Shown here: one piece after another, positions 13,257 through 23,895 of the stretch | How positions within the stretch are numbered: position 1 is the stretch's first letter | Layout: every line of letters begins with the position of its first letter | Assembly: GCF_009834535.1 (NCBI RefSeq) | Contig: NC_045697.1 | Span: 24,740,001-24,804,000 of the forward strand | Reading direction: 5' to 3' | Origin: Camelus ferus | Lineage: Eukaryota | DNA length: 64,000 bases | Notes under the pieces: model-generated | What the model was told of the DNA's origin: nothing | The model's database searches: none | The model's input: the letters and a program-made list of their open reading frames with translations, nothing else | Translations under genes and position numbers: made by a program

Positions 13257-13928
13257 GATAAAATCTGGCGTTGCGAGAAAATGACCTGAGGAAGTTTCTT
13301 TTTTCAGGCTTCAACCCCCTCCCATACCAACTGGCATTCTCTATTTTTATATTTTTATAAATCATGGGAAAACTTTGCATAAATGACCTTGAAAAAATGG
13401 TTAGAATCATCATGTAAAGTTTTTTGTTATGTATTTCCTCTGGTTCTCTAAATCCCATTCAAGAAAAGTGATGTAATACCTGAGAACAGGAAAGTCAGTT
13501 TAAGAGCAGTAATAGGTTTCAGAGAAACAAAACTGAAACTTTATTACCGCCTACTCAATGAAACAAGAGCGAAAAGATTGGGAAGTCAGTAAGCAATCTG
13601 GTGTTTCAATACACTGTTTTAACTTCTTATAATTTATATGATTGCATGAGAAATAAATATATATATATATTTATATCTCTTTTAAACTCAGAGTTTGGTA
13701 GTTAATCAGATTGTCATATATATTAAACTTCACTGAATTGTATTAATTAGAAATGCTGAAACATATTTGCCAGAATTTGTACTATTTGTGTTTATTTTTC
13801 AGAAAGAATATTTACCTACAAACTAACAAAACTTTGACTAGCATTAATGCATATTAAGATCTTTGCATAAGTAAGTTCAATTTGATATAACTTTGCACAT
13901 AGTGATTCGTGGTAACTATAGTTGTGAT

Positions 13929-14078
13929 GATTACGAGTGGGGGAAGGGGCTGGGAAGGGATAAATTGGGAGCTTGGGATTTACAGATACTAACTAATACA
14001 TATATGTATATGTATATATATATATACACACACACACACATATATATACATAAAATAGATAAACAACAAGTTCATACT
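13929..14078 (+). mobile_element. Cetartiodactyl-type L1 3' UTR fragment with no tail
   Basis: 'gggaagggataaattgggagcttgggatttacagatactaacta...aaaatagataaacaacaagttcatactg' parallels 27010-27090 of the L1 in this window. Confidence 0.85.
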
Positions 14079-14444
14079 GAAAACACTTTTATAGGAGGAA
14101 AAGGAAGTTGGGAAGGCTACAGTAAACAGAGTCCATGACTTATCATTGGCTGAGTTTTTGCTAGAAAAGAAGAGGGGTGTTTCTTGTTGAGCTCTGCTAT
14201 TGTCACATGGTGTGAGAGCTCCCCTTTCTGACCTCCCAACTTTACTTAAGGTTTTTATTTATTAATTTTTAAATTTCTCCCTTTTGTTCAATCTCTTTCT
14301 CTGAAAGTATCACTGATCAAAAGTCATGGTTTCTAGTTTCAGTTGCTTTTTGTCCCTTAATGTCAGAAAAGACCTCTCCTGGGTGTAGTGTCTCACCTTG
14401 GGTGTTTGCTCAGAGGTCCTGAGCAAAGCAAATCACCAGGAAAT

Positions 14445-14640
14445 TAGGGATATTACAGGCACTGGTGCAAAAGATAATAAAGCCTTGAGCCTTGTAACCT
14501 TCTATTATGGGTTTCATGCCTTGTAAGGCTTCTTTACTTATAAGGTATTTATTAATTCTGGGAAGAGGTTTTGAGAAATCTTTTTGAATCTTGTTGGGAG
14601 GTGTGCTGTAAATTTTGTCAATATCATTTGGAGATTTTGC
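14445..14640 (-). pseudogene. pol: ERV pol (RT N-terminus) remnant, truncated
   Basis: Hand translation 'KPLPRINKYLISKEALQGMKPIIEGYKAQGFIIFCTSACNIP' resembles the gammaretroviral QYP..EA..GI.P.I......G....C.SP.NTP motif. Confidence 0.8.
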
Positions 14641-14824
14641 CCATAAAAAGGTGATAGGTGATTCAATAAAGATAAATGATCAGTGTTTCCAAAATCAGAT
14701 CTAGTACTATCCAAGACAGAATGTATTAAAAAAAAATGTCAAAGTGTCGATTAATTTACCTGGTCAGTTATGTTGATGACTACTGTCAAATTCTAGAATT
14801 GTTTCCCCTTCCAAGGAGAAAGAA

Positions 14825-15065
14825 ACCTCAGCCTAATAAGCGGATGGGGGTGGAGGAACTAAGAAGAAGAGGGTGTGTATCTCCCAGAGGACCTAAACAA
14901 AAGGGAGTGTGTCCAGAGACAAGAACCTCTTGAGGGTCACTGGAGACGCCCTCTGCTGAACTGCTTTAGTACCCTGAGGCAGGGCTGCTTCGTAACAGGG
15001 GGTTTGAGCACTGAGAGTGTGGCTCCGGTGTCAGTTAGGACTGGAAGAGGTTCATTCTCAATCTA
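14825..15065 (-). pseudogene. pro: ERV aspartic protease remnant
   Basis: The minus strand reads 'NEPLPVLTDTGATLSVLK' (DTGA active site at ~15020-15032), followed by 'LGPLGDTHPLLLSSSTPIRLLG'. Confidence 0.85.
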
Positions 15066-15199
15066 GGGAAATGTTTCTCCAAGCTGATGAAGAGGCAACA
15101 TTGGGGAAAGCCACTGTAGTTCTTCGGAGCCCCACCACCGGGAATTGAAGGATGTTGGAAAGACTGGCTAGAGAAATGAAGGCACCCTAAAGCATGTTC

Positions 15200-15935
15200 G
15201 TTTGTAATGATCTCTTTTCCAATGTCCTGGATCTTTGCAATAATAGCAGAAATTAGGAAGTTTGTGGCTTCCTTTGGGGGAGTGCTTAATTTGCTAGCAT
15301 TGAAGATGAAGAATTTTAGTGGTCTTCCCTTTAGGTGACTCATCTAGAGCGAGAGAGCGCTGACTTGCCAGATTAACTAAATCTGGATGAACAGAGTTTC
15401 CCATCCATGCTAGTCCTTCTCACCAGAAGGGAAAAGTCCCAGTTCAGCCTATTAACAAACAGAGTTAAAAGCTGCTTCGGAGGAATCAACATCTGAAGGA
15501 AGACCAGAGTATTCCTTCAAAACAATCTGGAGTTGATTGTTACTGTCATGAACAAGGTTTGTCAGACTTTTGTGTGCAAGCCTGAATTTTTTCCAATCAG
15601 CAGGTTTTGGAAATGGAACAGGAATCCCTTTCCTGTGAGGAACAGGAATTGCTCTATGAAGTTGCCTCAGAATTTTCCAGGCTGGATCAGATAATCAGTT
15701 AACTGGCTGATCTCCGGGTTGTAATTCTACAGACCTTTCAGGACTTTCCCAATTAGCAATTTTCATCCTTGCCCTTATCAACAAGCATATGAACCAGTTG
15801 ATACAATTCAGAGAAACTAGGATGATAAGCTTGAACGATTATTATTAAATTCCTCAGCAAATCTGTGAGGATCTTCAGTTACATTGGATAAATCTTTGAC
15901 CATGGCTTGAAGTTCGGCTTAGTCCAGAGAATATA
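15200..15935 (-). pseudogene. gag: ERV gag (capsid + nucleocapsid) remnant with frameshifts
   Basis: Hand translation across frameshifts: 'AELQAMVKDLSNVTEDPHRFAEEFN..VQAYHPSFSELYQLVHML', 'KIQACTQKSDKP', and the zinc knuckle 'CYYCKDPGHWKRDH' (15207-15248, last Cys replaced). Confidence 0.85.
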
Positions 15936-17789
15936 AGAAATTAAGGATTTAGCTTCTGGATCCTTAGAGGCTTAATTTTAAAGGGACAGCTTCTGATGAG
16001 TTCAGAGGAAAAGAGAGTGGGGAGAATTTCAAAGAAAAAGGGAAGTTCTGTGACAGAATTAGCATGAAGGTCCTGAGGGTACAGAAGAGGTGCAGGCGGT
16101 ATAGGAGGAAAGGAGACAGACAGACGGCCATGGAGCAGGAGGGGGGAGTCAGACCAGGAGGGGCTGATGGACAGAGACAAGACAGCACCACAGGGGAGCC
16201 TGACACAAAGAAACCAAGAAGAGCCTGAGACACGGAGAGTCATGTTACCTTTCTTTAATCAATTGTCTGCCTCACTTAACCTTAAAATATTAGTTTATAG
16301 AGAGGCAATTTTAGGCACCTGATTTTGTTGGGCCAGCCTCAAAATATCAGTTGAAATAGGATTTCCACTCAGTTCTGGAAATTTTTTGACCTACTGTGGT
16401 CCAATTTAGTTTTAAGAAAGTTAAGTTTAGAGATTTCAAAAGTTCCCATAATGGCCATTGATATTCTAAATTACTTTTGGTCAGTTTGGTTCATTTAGTT
16501 AGAAATGTGCATGAGGAAGGGCCTTGGTTTTTTTAAAAAAAATCAGCTGGAATCTCTGAAAGGGGGGGGGGTGCCCTCAAAATATTTAGGTAACTGGAAT
16601 TCCATTTCTTAGAGGTTTTTCTCTGGCTTAAAAGAATGATTTTTAAACAGCTCAGCTGAAATAGCCTGCAACTCAAACAGCTTGCTAGCTAATACCTGTC
16701 AGTTCTAAGGAAACAGTGTGGTCCCAAGGAGCCAGGGTAAAGGCTTTTCAGCCAGAGAGGAGCCGTGTTATAAAGGAATGGGCTGAACTGGCACATTTTC
16801 AGGGAAGCAGCCTCTCTTCCTGAAGGAATGGGCTGACAGCTTCTTGGCCAGCTTTGATTTAAACAGTGTAACACCAAAATCAGACTAAAGTGCCAAATGA
16901 GTGCTCATATTTTGGAACAACACCTTAATCGGAAAGAATAATATCTTAAAATAGATCCCAAATAAAGCCTGGAGAGCTTCAAATGCAAAGAGGTTGTGAT
17001 CTCAGATCCAGGAAAAAGACATACCTTTAAACTCCAGGGTTGACATAAGAAGCAGTGAGCACAGTGGGCTCAAGGTGGGCACCACACCTGTCTGCTCACC
17101 AGAGCCCTCAGGGGTCTTCTCTCGTCCCCATGGGGGCCACTGACACTCTGACCTAAAACGAACAGACTGCCAGCTGTTTCTCCTGCAAAGATGGGTTTGT
17201 TCAGGATCAGCAGAGAACTGCAGTTTGGGTTCTACCACCATGAAGAGTCATTTGCAAGTTCCTCCAAAGCAAGAAAAAGAGAACACTTTTGTAGAAGGGA
17301 GGAGGAAGCTGGCAGGGCTACCGCAAACAGAGAGTCCACGGCTTTTCATTAGTCCTTGCCAGGAGAAGAGGGGTCTTTCTTTTTTATCTGAGGTCCTCTA
17401 TGTTGGTAGGACAGTAAAATTCCCCGTTCTGGTCTCCCAACTCTACTTAACTGAGGCTCCTATTTATTAATCTTCTACATCTTCCATCTATTCTCCTAAG
17501 GTCCCATTTCTCTTTCCAAAAAGTCATTGGCTTTTTTGGTAAGTGCCCTTATTCTCCATCCCTTTCCTCTGCTATGTTAGGTATAGAGACCCCAAATTCT
17601 AACCACCCCCTTGGAGCGACATCTCTGAGTGCTGTCATAAGTGTACATAATACACATAATAATAAACTTGGTAGTGTTTTCCTCTTGTTAATCTGTATTT
17701 TGTTAGTCTAATTTATACAGCCCCAGACAATGAACCTAAGATGGGTAGAAGGAAGAGATTTTTTTTTCTCCCCTACACTTGCATAACTT

Positions 17790-18060
17790 TCTTAATCATT
17801 GCATTTAGGGTTTTCATCAATGTTACTCTAGCAGAGAAACCTTTCTAATCATCAAAATACATCACTCCAGCCTCTGTGTTAATTTACACTGGTTTTTTTT
17901 TATTTCATAGTAGGTATTCATACACGTATAGTAATTAAATAATTAACTAATTTAATCAAATTTTAACAGCATCACTTCCCATTTTTGTGATTACCTAGAA
18001 TGACTCCTGTTACATGGTAGATACTTAAAAAAATTGTTGAGTAAATAAATACAAAATAAG
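17790..18060 (+). mobile_element. L2 3' fragment
   Basis: Ends 'acatggtagatacttaaaaaaattgttgagtaaataaat', like an L2 tail. Confidence 0.55.
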
Positions 18061-18917
18061 TGGTCAATTGGACCATAAATGGGGTCAACCCCAGGCAATA
18101 TAAAAAGTGTCATAGTGTAATATTTTATAATTCACTTATCTATGTAGTTTCTTGTGTCTGGAACGTACCCCTTTTGAATATTTTGCCTTTCTGTATTTTA
18201 CAGTCTTTAAGATCCATTTCAATGATCACTTTTATGAAATATTTTAGTTATTATAAATTGATGTTACATCTTCCTATTGGCATTCACAAGTTCTATAAGC
18301 ATATTTCTGCTAAAGTATATATATTCAGTCTTATATTAGAGTTGTTGTTTGTCTTTCAGCTTCAATGACACTATGAAATTATAAACTCCTTGAAGGCCAG
18401 CCGCACTGTGTTATATACTCCTGAAAATTGTCCATAGTGGCCTTAATAGGAATTTGACCATAGTTTTTGCACTGAATTGGACTGACCGTCTCTGGAGAAA
18501 TAGAACTTTTTGTTTTTCTCAATCTTCCTGTAAAAAGCTCTACCCTCTTAATCCACTGAAACTATAAATGCAGAGAATGTGTACTTTCTATTCTCTTATA
18601 AACATTTCACATATCATGAGAATCATATCTGCCACCATTTTTTTAGTTAATTGTTCTGATTTAAAAGACTAATAATACAACTTTCTTATAGTCCCCAGAG
18701 AGTCAAATGGTTACAGCTTAAACTTCGTCCTAGTTCTGAGAATACAGCATTACCTCCCTAGGAATTTACATGCCAAAGTCGAAAATAAGTTCAGGTCAGA
18801 AAAGAATATACTTTTAAATCAAAACTGAGTTCTATTTTTTTCATACTATACCTTCAAACAGTAAGATAAGTGATGTAAATTTTTCAATCTAAATCCAATG
18901 TAGTTATTCTAAAATGT

Positions 18918-19395
18918 TGTTGGGAATCAGAGCAGGCCACCTCAAAATATACAAAAGTGGCATATTGATTATTTTGAATTACAGTTACTTGAGAAACAGC
19001 CAGTGCAGGAAGAACCCTCTGACCCTCCTCTGAAAGCAAGAAAAAAAAACTTCCCATGTGAAAGGTACCCTACCTGCTGTAGGAGGTAGAAAGACTTGCC
19101 AGAGACAGGGAATTCAAGGCTTAGTAGGCTTTGTAAACAAATTCTGCTTAAATGTTTCACTCATTGGCACCCAAACTCAAGTGTCTTTGTTAATTCTTCA
19201 CAAATGATTGTTTCTTTGTCTGGAAGGTGTAAAAGCTGCCTGCTTTGGTCATTTCTTTGGTACCATATCTGTGAGACCTCCATATGTACAAAATTAAATT
19301 TGATATTCTTCCATTAATATGTCTTATGTCAATTTAATTATTAGACCAGCCAAAAGAACCCAGAAGAGTAAAGGAAAGTTTTCCCTCCCTGACCA
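18918..19395 (+). mobile_element. Solo ERV1 LTR, MER34/MER39-like
   Basis: Starts 'tgttgggaatcagagcaggccacctcaaaatatacaaaagtggcatattgattattttgaa' and ends 'aagagtaaaggaaagttttccctccctgacca'. Confidence 0.85.
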
Positions 19396-19598
19396 TGTTT
19401 CACATTTAATTATCTTATTGAAACTTCTCTGTGGTTAGCAATTGCTCTGTGCTTGTATGTATATCCTTGTCATCTATCCCTTTAGTTTATTTATTAATTT
19501 TTCAATTTTAGCAAATATTTAGAAATAAAATTTACTCCGATTTTCTCTTTTCCATCTTTTCTAATTACTTGGAGGATGGGTAATTTGTCTTTACTATA

Positions 19599-19662
19599 GT
19601 GTGTGTGTGTGTGTGTGTGTGTGTGTTGGTGTGTGTGTATTTATGTGCGAGTATATATATAT
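19599..19662. repeat. (GT)n/(TA)n microsatellite
   Basis: Directly visible. Confidence 0.9.
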
Positions 19663-21874
19663 AATCATACATAATTGAGAATTTGCATTTATGAAATCAT
19701 TGCTAATTGAATTCCTTATGATACAAGAATAGGGTTTTGAAAAGCTGAGTGGGCGTTTCAGGACCCTTTTGGCTTTAATAATCTCAAGGAACATTAGTTG
19801 CATCCTTTATTCTCTGTTGTCTTGTAAATTACTCAAATTGGCCTTGGGCCATCTGAGGTGGGGAAAAGGCCCAGCATGATGATCTCCAGCCTGGAGCTAT
19901 TCATTATTCATTTAATTATTAATACTTCATATGTAAAGTCTACTTCATTGAGGGGGGAAAACACTGAGAAGACAAACATCTTATAAACTTGAAGTATATG
20001 TAAAAGCATTCCCAGTAATTCATTACATTACTATGGACCGGATGTGGGAATCAGAAAAAAAAATGTCTAAAATAATCATTTAGACATTAGTGGTTGGGCA
20101 GGTTTTCACTTGGCCTTCCAGATAACAGCATGATTCTTGTTCAAAATCTATCATTGTTCTCAGCTACATGTCACTGACTGGCAGTAATAAAAGATGCCAC
20201 ACAATATGGCTTGTGTCACTTTGTGCAAACTAATTTGTGGTCAAAGGAGAGTCACAAAGCATCCAGCTGGAATATAATTACTTACTGATGATTATATAAA
20301 GAGTCAGTTAAGGCTGTGTCTATGCAACCCAAAGAGATATGAAGATTTTATACTATTAAGCTTATTAGATTGATGTGAGGAATAAAGAAAGCCCAAACCA
20401 AATTGCTTTGAGTAGAATTTTCTTTTTAGCAATTATCTAGTTTATTTGACCCATGCTCTATTGTACAGTATGCTCTGCCAACCAATCTTGTATCTATGTA
20501 TAAAAAATTTGGAGAGGTTATTTGTACTGACTGACCCAGACACTACTTCTGATTTAAGACAGATGAGCAGAATATCTGGGAATTCACTTACACATTACTA
20601 TATTATCATATTCAAAAATAGATATTGAGTGAATAGATATTGTGTGTGTATATATTTATGTGTGTGTATATATATATATATATATCTCATATGTGCTGTC
20701 CCTGTTTTAAGTATTAGAATATGGGATAAACAAAACTGAAAAACTTCCTGTGGTTAGAAGCTTATTATTCATACCAGAATAATATGAATAATAATGAGAT
20801 AGTCAAGGTACTGTAGGAAGAGGCAAAACCAAAACATTTTAGAAAGAAATGTTTTCTAATCTAGTGTGGACAAGATTTCAATGTAAATTAATATAATGAT
20901 AAATATATACTTTGATTGACACATCTACTTTGATAATACATACCATTACTCTTTTTGGCTTTACTTATCAAAATTTCCATTATTTTCTTGGGTCAGAGGG
21001 TCAATATTTCTGACTTAGGTCGATACAGTCACATATTATGGATCCAAATCACTAATAGCCATTTGTTTGAGATAGACACCAACCAATTCTAGGAAAAATG
21101 TATCGGTTTTCACTATGGCGATAGGTAGATCAGGGAGAGAGAAGCACAGCCCTTCCCACATGGAAGGGGAGAGAAGCAGGCTAAGGGGAGCAGGCAGGGT
21201 GGTGGGTGGTAACCTGGAGCAATACTCATTCCAATGATACCAAGAAAGATCTAGGGTTTTACGTAAAGGGTGGCGGGGTGGAGTCCCATTTTTGAACACA
21301 GTTTTTGGAAGATGCTGGACTAAAATAGAGGACAAAATCTTTTCAATTACAAAATGTACAATACAGATCTTCTCATATCATTTACTATAGGCTAAACAAT
21401 GCACATTCTGAATTTCCAAATGACTACATACTACACACAGCTTCCTAAACTGCTATTCAGTACAACTTACTGTGGTAAATGCTAAGCAATTCAGGATTCC
21501 CTATTTGTCCTCATTTATGAGCCTGCTCTGGGATTTAAATCAGTCTTCCCACAGGTCGCTAACTGTTGGAGAAGCTGAATCTGGTCTGCCCTCAATTGCT
21601 GTTGAGATTTTGAAACATGTGACAACCTCCTGCCTCCACGGCCGTCGACCACATGCGCAGACACAAGCAACCACATTCAAACAGTGTCTCTGCTTTCCTG
21701 CTCAGAACGAAGTCTTCATTCTTGTGAGTACATAGAGTTGATAAAACTAATCAACCAAGTGCACAAAGAAATAAAAAAAAATTTGAAAAATAAGCTGTAA
21801 AGAGAATTAATATAGGTGTTGTGACAGAGTGTCTTTAGATTAGGTGTCATTCTCTTCTTAAGGAATTACTTGGG

Positions 21875-22260
21875 GATCAGGGAGGATCAGGCAGGGTTTA
21901 CCCAGGCACACAGAAACCACGGCTGCTATTTTTAACAGAAAGACTTTGATCAAAGGGATTGTTTAACAAGCATTGATGAGTGGCGAAATGAGAAAGGCAG
22001 CACAGAGCTAACAGAATATAATTTCAGGAAGCAACTCACATCCTTAAGGCCAGCGGAAACAAGGAGAAAGTCAGAACAGTCAGAATAATCTAGCAGCTTA
22101 GAGAAGGGAACCTGGGGAGGCTGACAGTTTACTGAGGAGGAAGCACTGTACAGCTGGTGTTGGTACCACAGAAACTTAGAGGAAGGGACCCTCAGGGCTG
22201 GGACTTAGCCCTCTGGGGAGAGGATGTTATCTTGCTGCTGCTAGCGCCTCCTAGGGGAGT
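21875..22260 (-). mobile_element. Old ERVL/MaLR-type LTR fragment
   Basis: 'cagggtttacccaggcacacagaaaccacggctgctatttttaacagaaagactttgat' resembles the reverse-strand 3' ends of ancient LTRs. Family uncertain. Confidence 0.5.
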
Positions 22261-22261
22261 G

Positions 22262-22745
22262 TTCTCTTTTCCTGTCTAACCAAGTTCACAAAGGTGGTGG
22301 CTTAAAACATTAAAACAGCATCCTCTTTTCTCCACTCCCCTCCCCACAGTCCTGTAAGTCAGAAATCTGAGCAGGCTGGGCTGCATTTTAGGCTCAGTGT
22401 CTCACAAAGACAAAGTCAAAATATTGTCCAGCTTGGCTCTTCCCTGGAGGTGCTGGGAAAGAATCACTTCTAAGCTCATGCAGGTTGTTGGTAGAACACA
22501 GTTACTGTAGCTATGCGTCTGTTTTCTTGCTGGTTGTCAAGTAGGAACTGCTTTTAGCTTTTGATGCCCCCTGCATTCCTAGTTGCTTGTCCCTCCCAAT
22601 CTTCAAAATTCCCTGCTTTTAAGGAATCCTTCAATTAGATTAGGCCCACACAGACAGTCTCCTCTTTCTAAAGTCAACTTTGTCATATAACAGCACAATC
22701 TCAGAAGTTTCAAGACCTTATGAATGTGGGTGTGCATAATCTTGG
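22262..22745 (-). mobile_element. MaLR LTR (MLT1D/E-like)
   Basis: 'ctggaggtgctgggaaagaatcacttctaagctcatgcaggttgttggtagaa' and 'attagattaggcccacacaga...aagtcaact'. Confidence 0.8.
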
Positions 22746-22749
22746 GGAC

Positions 22750-23110
22750 TGTATTTTCAAGAACTGTGTCACAAAGTACCGAAAACTGGGTGATTTAGAA
22801 CAGCATTTATTCTCTCACAGTTCAGGAGGCTAGAAGTCCAAAGCTGAGGTGTTGGCAAGATTGGTTCTTTTGGGAAGGCTCAGAGGGAGAGTCTGTTACA
22901 TAGCTTTTTTATTTTCTGGTGCTTCTGGAAATCCTTGGTGTTGTTTGGTTTGCAGCTGCATGAACACAGATTCTGCCATTGTAATCAAATAGACATCTTT
23001 CCTGTGTGTGTGTATGTCTTCACATGGTGGTCTCCACTCTGTATATGTCTAACACTGTATTTCTTCTCCTCTTCTTGTAAGAATACTAGTCAAATTGGCT
23101 TAAGGTCTTT
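22750..23110 (-). mobile_element. MaLR LTR (MLT1B/C-like)
   Basis: 'acaaagtaccgaaaactgggtgatttagaacagcatttattctctcacagttcaggaggctagaagtccaaa'. Confidence 0.85.
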
Positions 23111-23114
23111 AAGA

Positions 23115-23474
23115 TGTTAATTGTCAGAAATACCTTTCTAAAGGAGTTGGGGGCCATCCCTTTGAAATGTAATCATCAAAGAAGATAGAGCCTTCATCTT
23201 TTAGTCTCTGTGGGAGGGTAGGAACCTAACAGCTTTGATAATCTACAATTAGCAAACACAGATGGTCTAATCACACTGACCGTTCTCCCCACTAATGTCC
23301 TCCCCAATTTATCCATTAGGTTATCCCAGAATTTAAAAATCCCCCTGCTTTTTGCTTCAGAAGAGTTGAATGCAGTCTTTCTCTCCTGTTTCAGTAGTTT
23401 TGAGTCCTATTGCAATAGTCTTTGAATAAAATCCTTCCTGTCTGTTTAACAGGTCCAGTGCAATTTTCTTCAAC
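23115..23474 (+). mobile_element. ERV1 (MER4-group) LTR, 3' portion
   Basis: 'ctttgaaatgtaatcatcaaagaagatag...tctgtgggagggtaggaacctaac', AATAAA at ~23425, and the end 'ttttcttcaaca'. Confidence 0.7.
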
Positions 23475-23484
23475 ACTACAGATG

Positions 23485-23895
23485 AAGAGATGTGATTAAA
23501 CCTGGAATGTTGTTTGGAGTTAGAGTTGCCAATAAATTAGATACGGGAGTGAATCACAGGCAGGAATAAAAGCTATAACCTAGATTGCTAAATGGCACAA
23601 CTGGGTCAGTGGTTGTCCATTTACTGTAATAAATACAACTTAAGGAGTAAATTTAGACAGATAATTAGCAGTTCTCCGTTGCCTATTTTGAGATATTTAT
23701 TAGCCTTCCAACTGTTTATATCAGATGGCCAAGTAGATACACAAATCTCAATTTATGGGGAGGAGACAGAGATGGTGACCTAATTTTTGAGTTATCAGAA
23801 TAGAGATGATATTGTAGCCTAGAGGTTACATAAAGTCATCTAGGAAGAACGATTAGATAAAGTTACAATAAGACAGAATACCTGGGGTATTCCTT
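23485..23895 (-). mobile_element. L2 fragment
   Basis: 'cagatggccaagtagatacacaaatctc...taatttttgagttatcagaatagagatg'. Confidence 0.6.

Larger units (their letters stand above)
12940..17479 (-). mobile_element. Internally deleted class I (ERV1, gammaretrovirus-like) provirus with both LTRs
   Basis: Homologous LTRs at ~17148-17479 (5') and 12940-14273 (3', interrupted) share 'gcaaagatgggttt.ttcaggatcagcagagaa.tgca.tttggg'. A polypurine tract (minus 'aaaagggagaaa', ~14274-14285) abuts the 3' LTR. gag/pro/pol remnants lie between the LTRs. Confidence 0.9.
12713..17777 (+). mobile_element. MER34/MER39-like solo LTR split by a provirus (pieces 12713-12939 and 17480-17777)
   Basis: 5' end 'tgtgaagggaatcaggatatgccactc...ttttggcataagagtagttttgtgctgaaggc'. 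The 3' part has 'aataaac', 'ctcttgttaatctgtattttgttagtctaattt' and ends 'ctcccctaca'. Confidence 0.85.

Noticed and set aside
17120..17147. Primer binding site tRNA assignment for the provirus
   Set aside because: The minus strand 'gtgtcagtggcccccatggggac' is too degenerate to assign a tRNA by eye.
21684..21729. 18-nt microexon (ctcAG|aacgaagtcttcattctt|GTGAGT)
   Set aside because: The exonic donor context is weak, it is adjacent to L2-like sequence, and there are no partner coding exons in the window.
22242..22260. CTCF-like 'tagcgcctcctaggggagt'
   Set aside because: It mismatches at informative core positions and lies at a repeat junction. Too weak without data.
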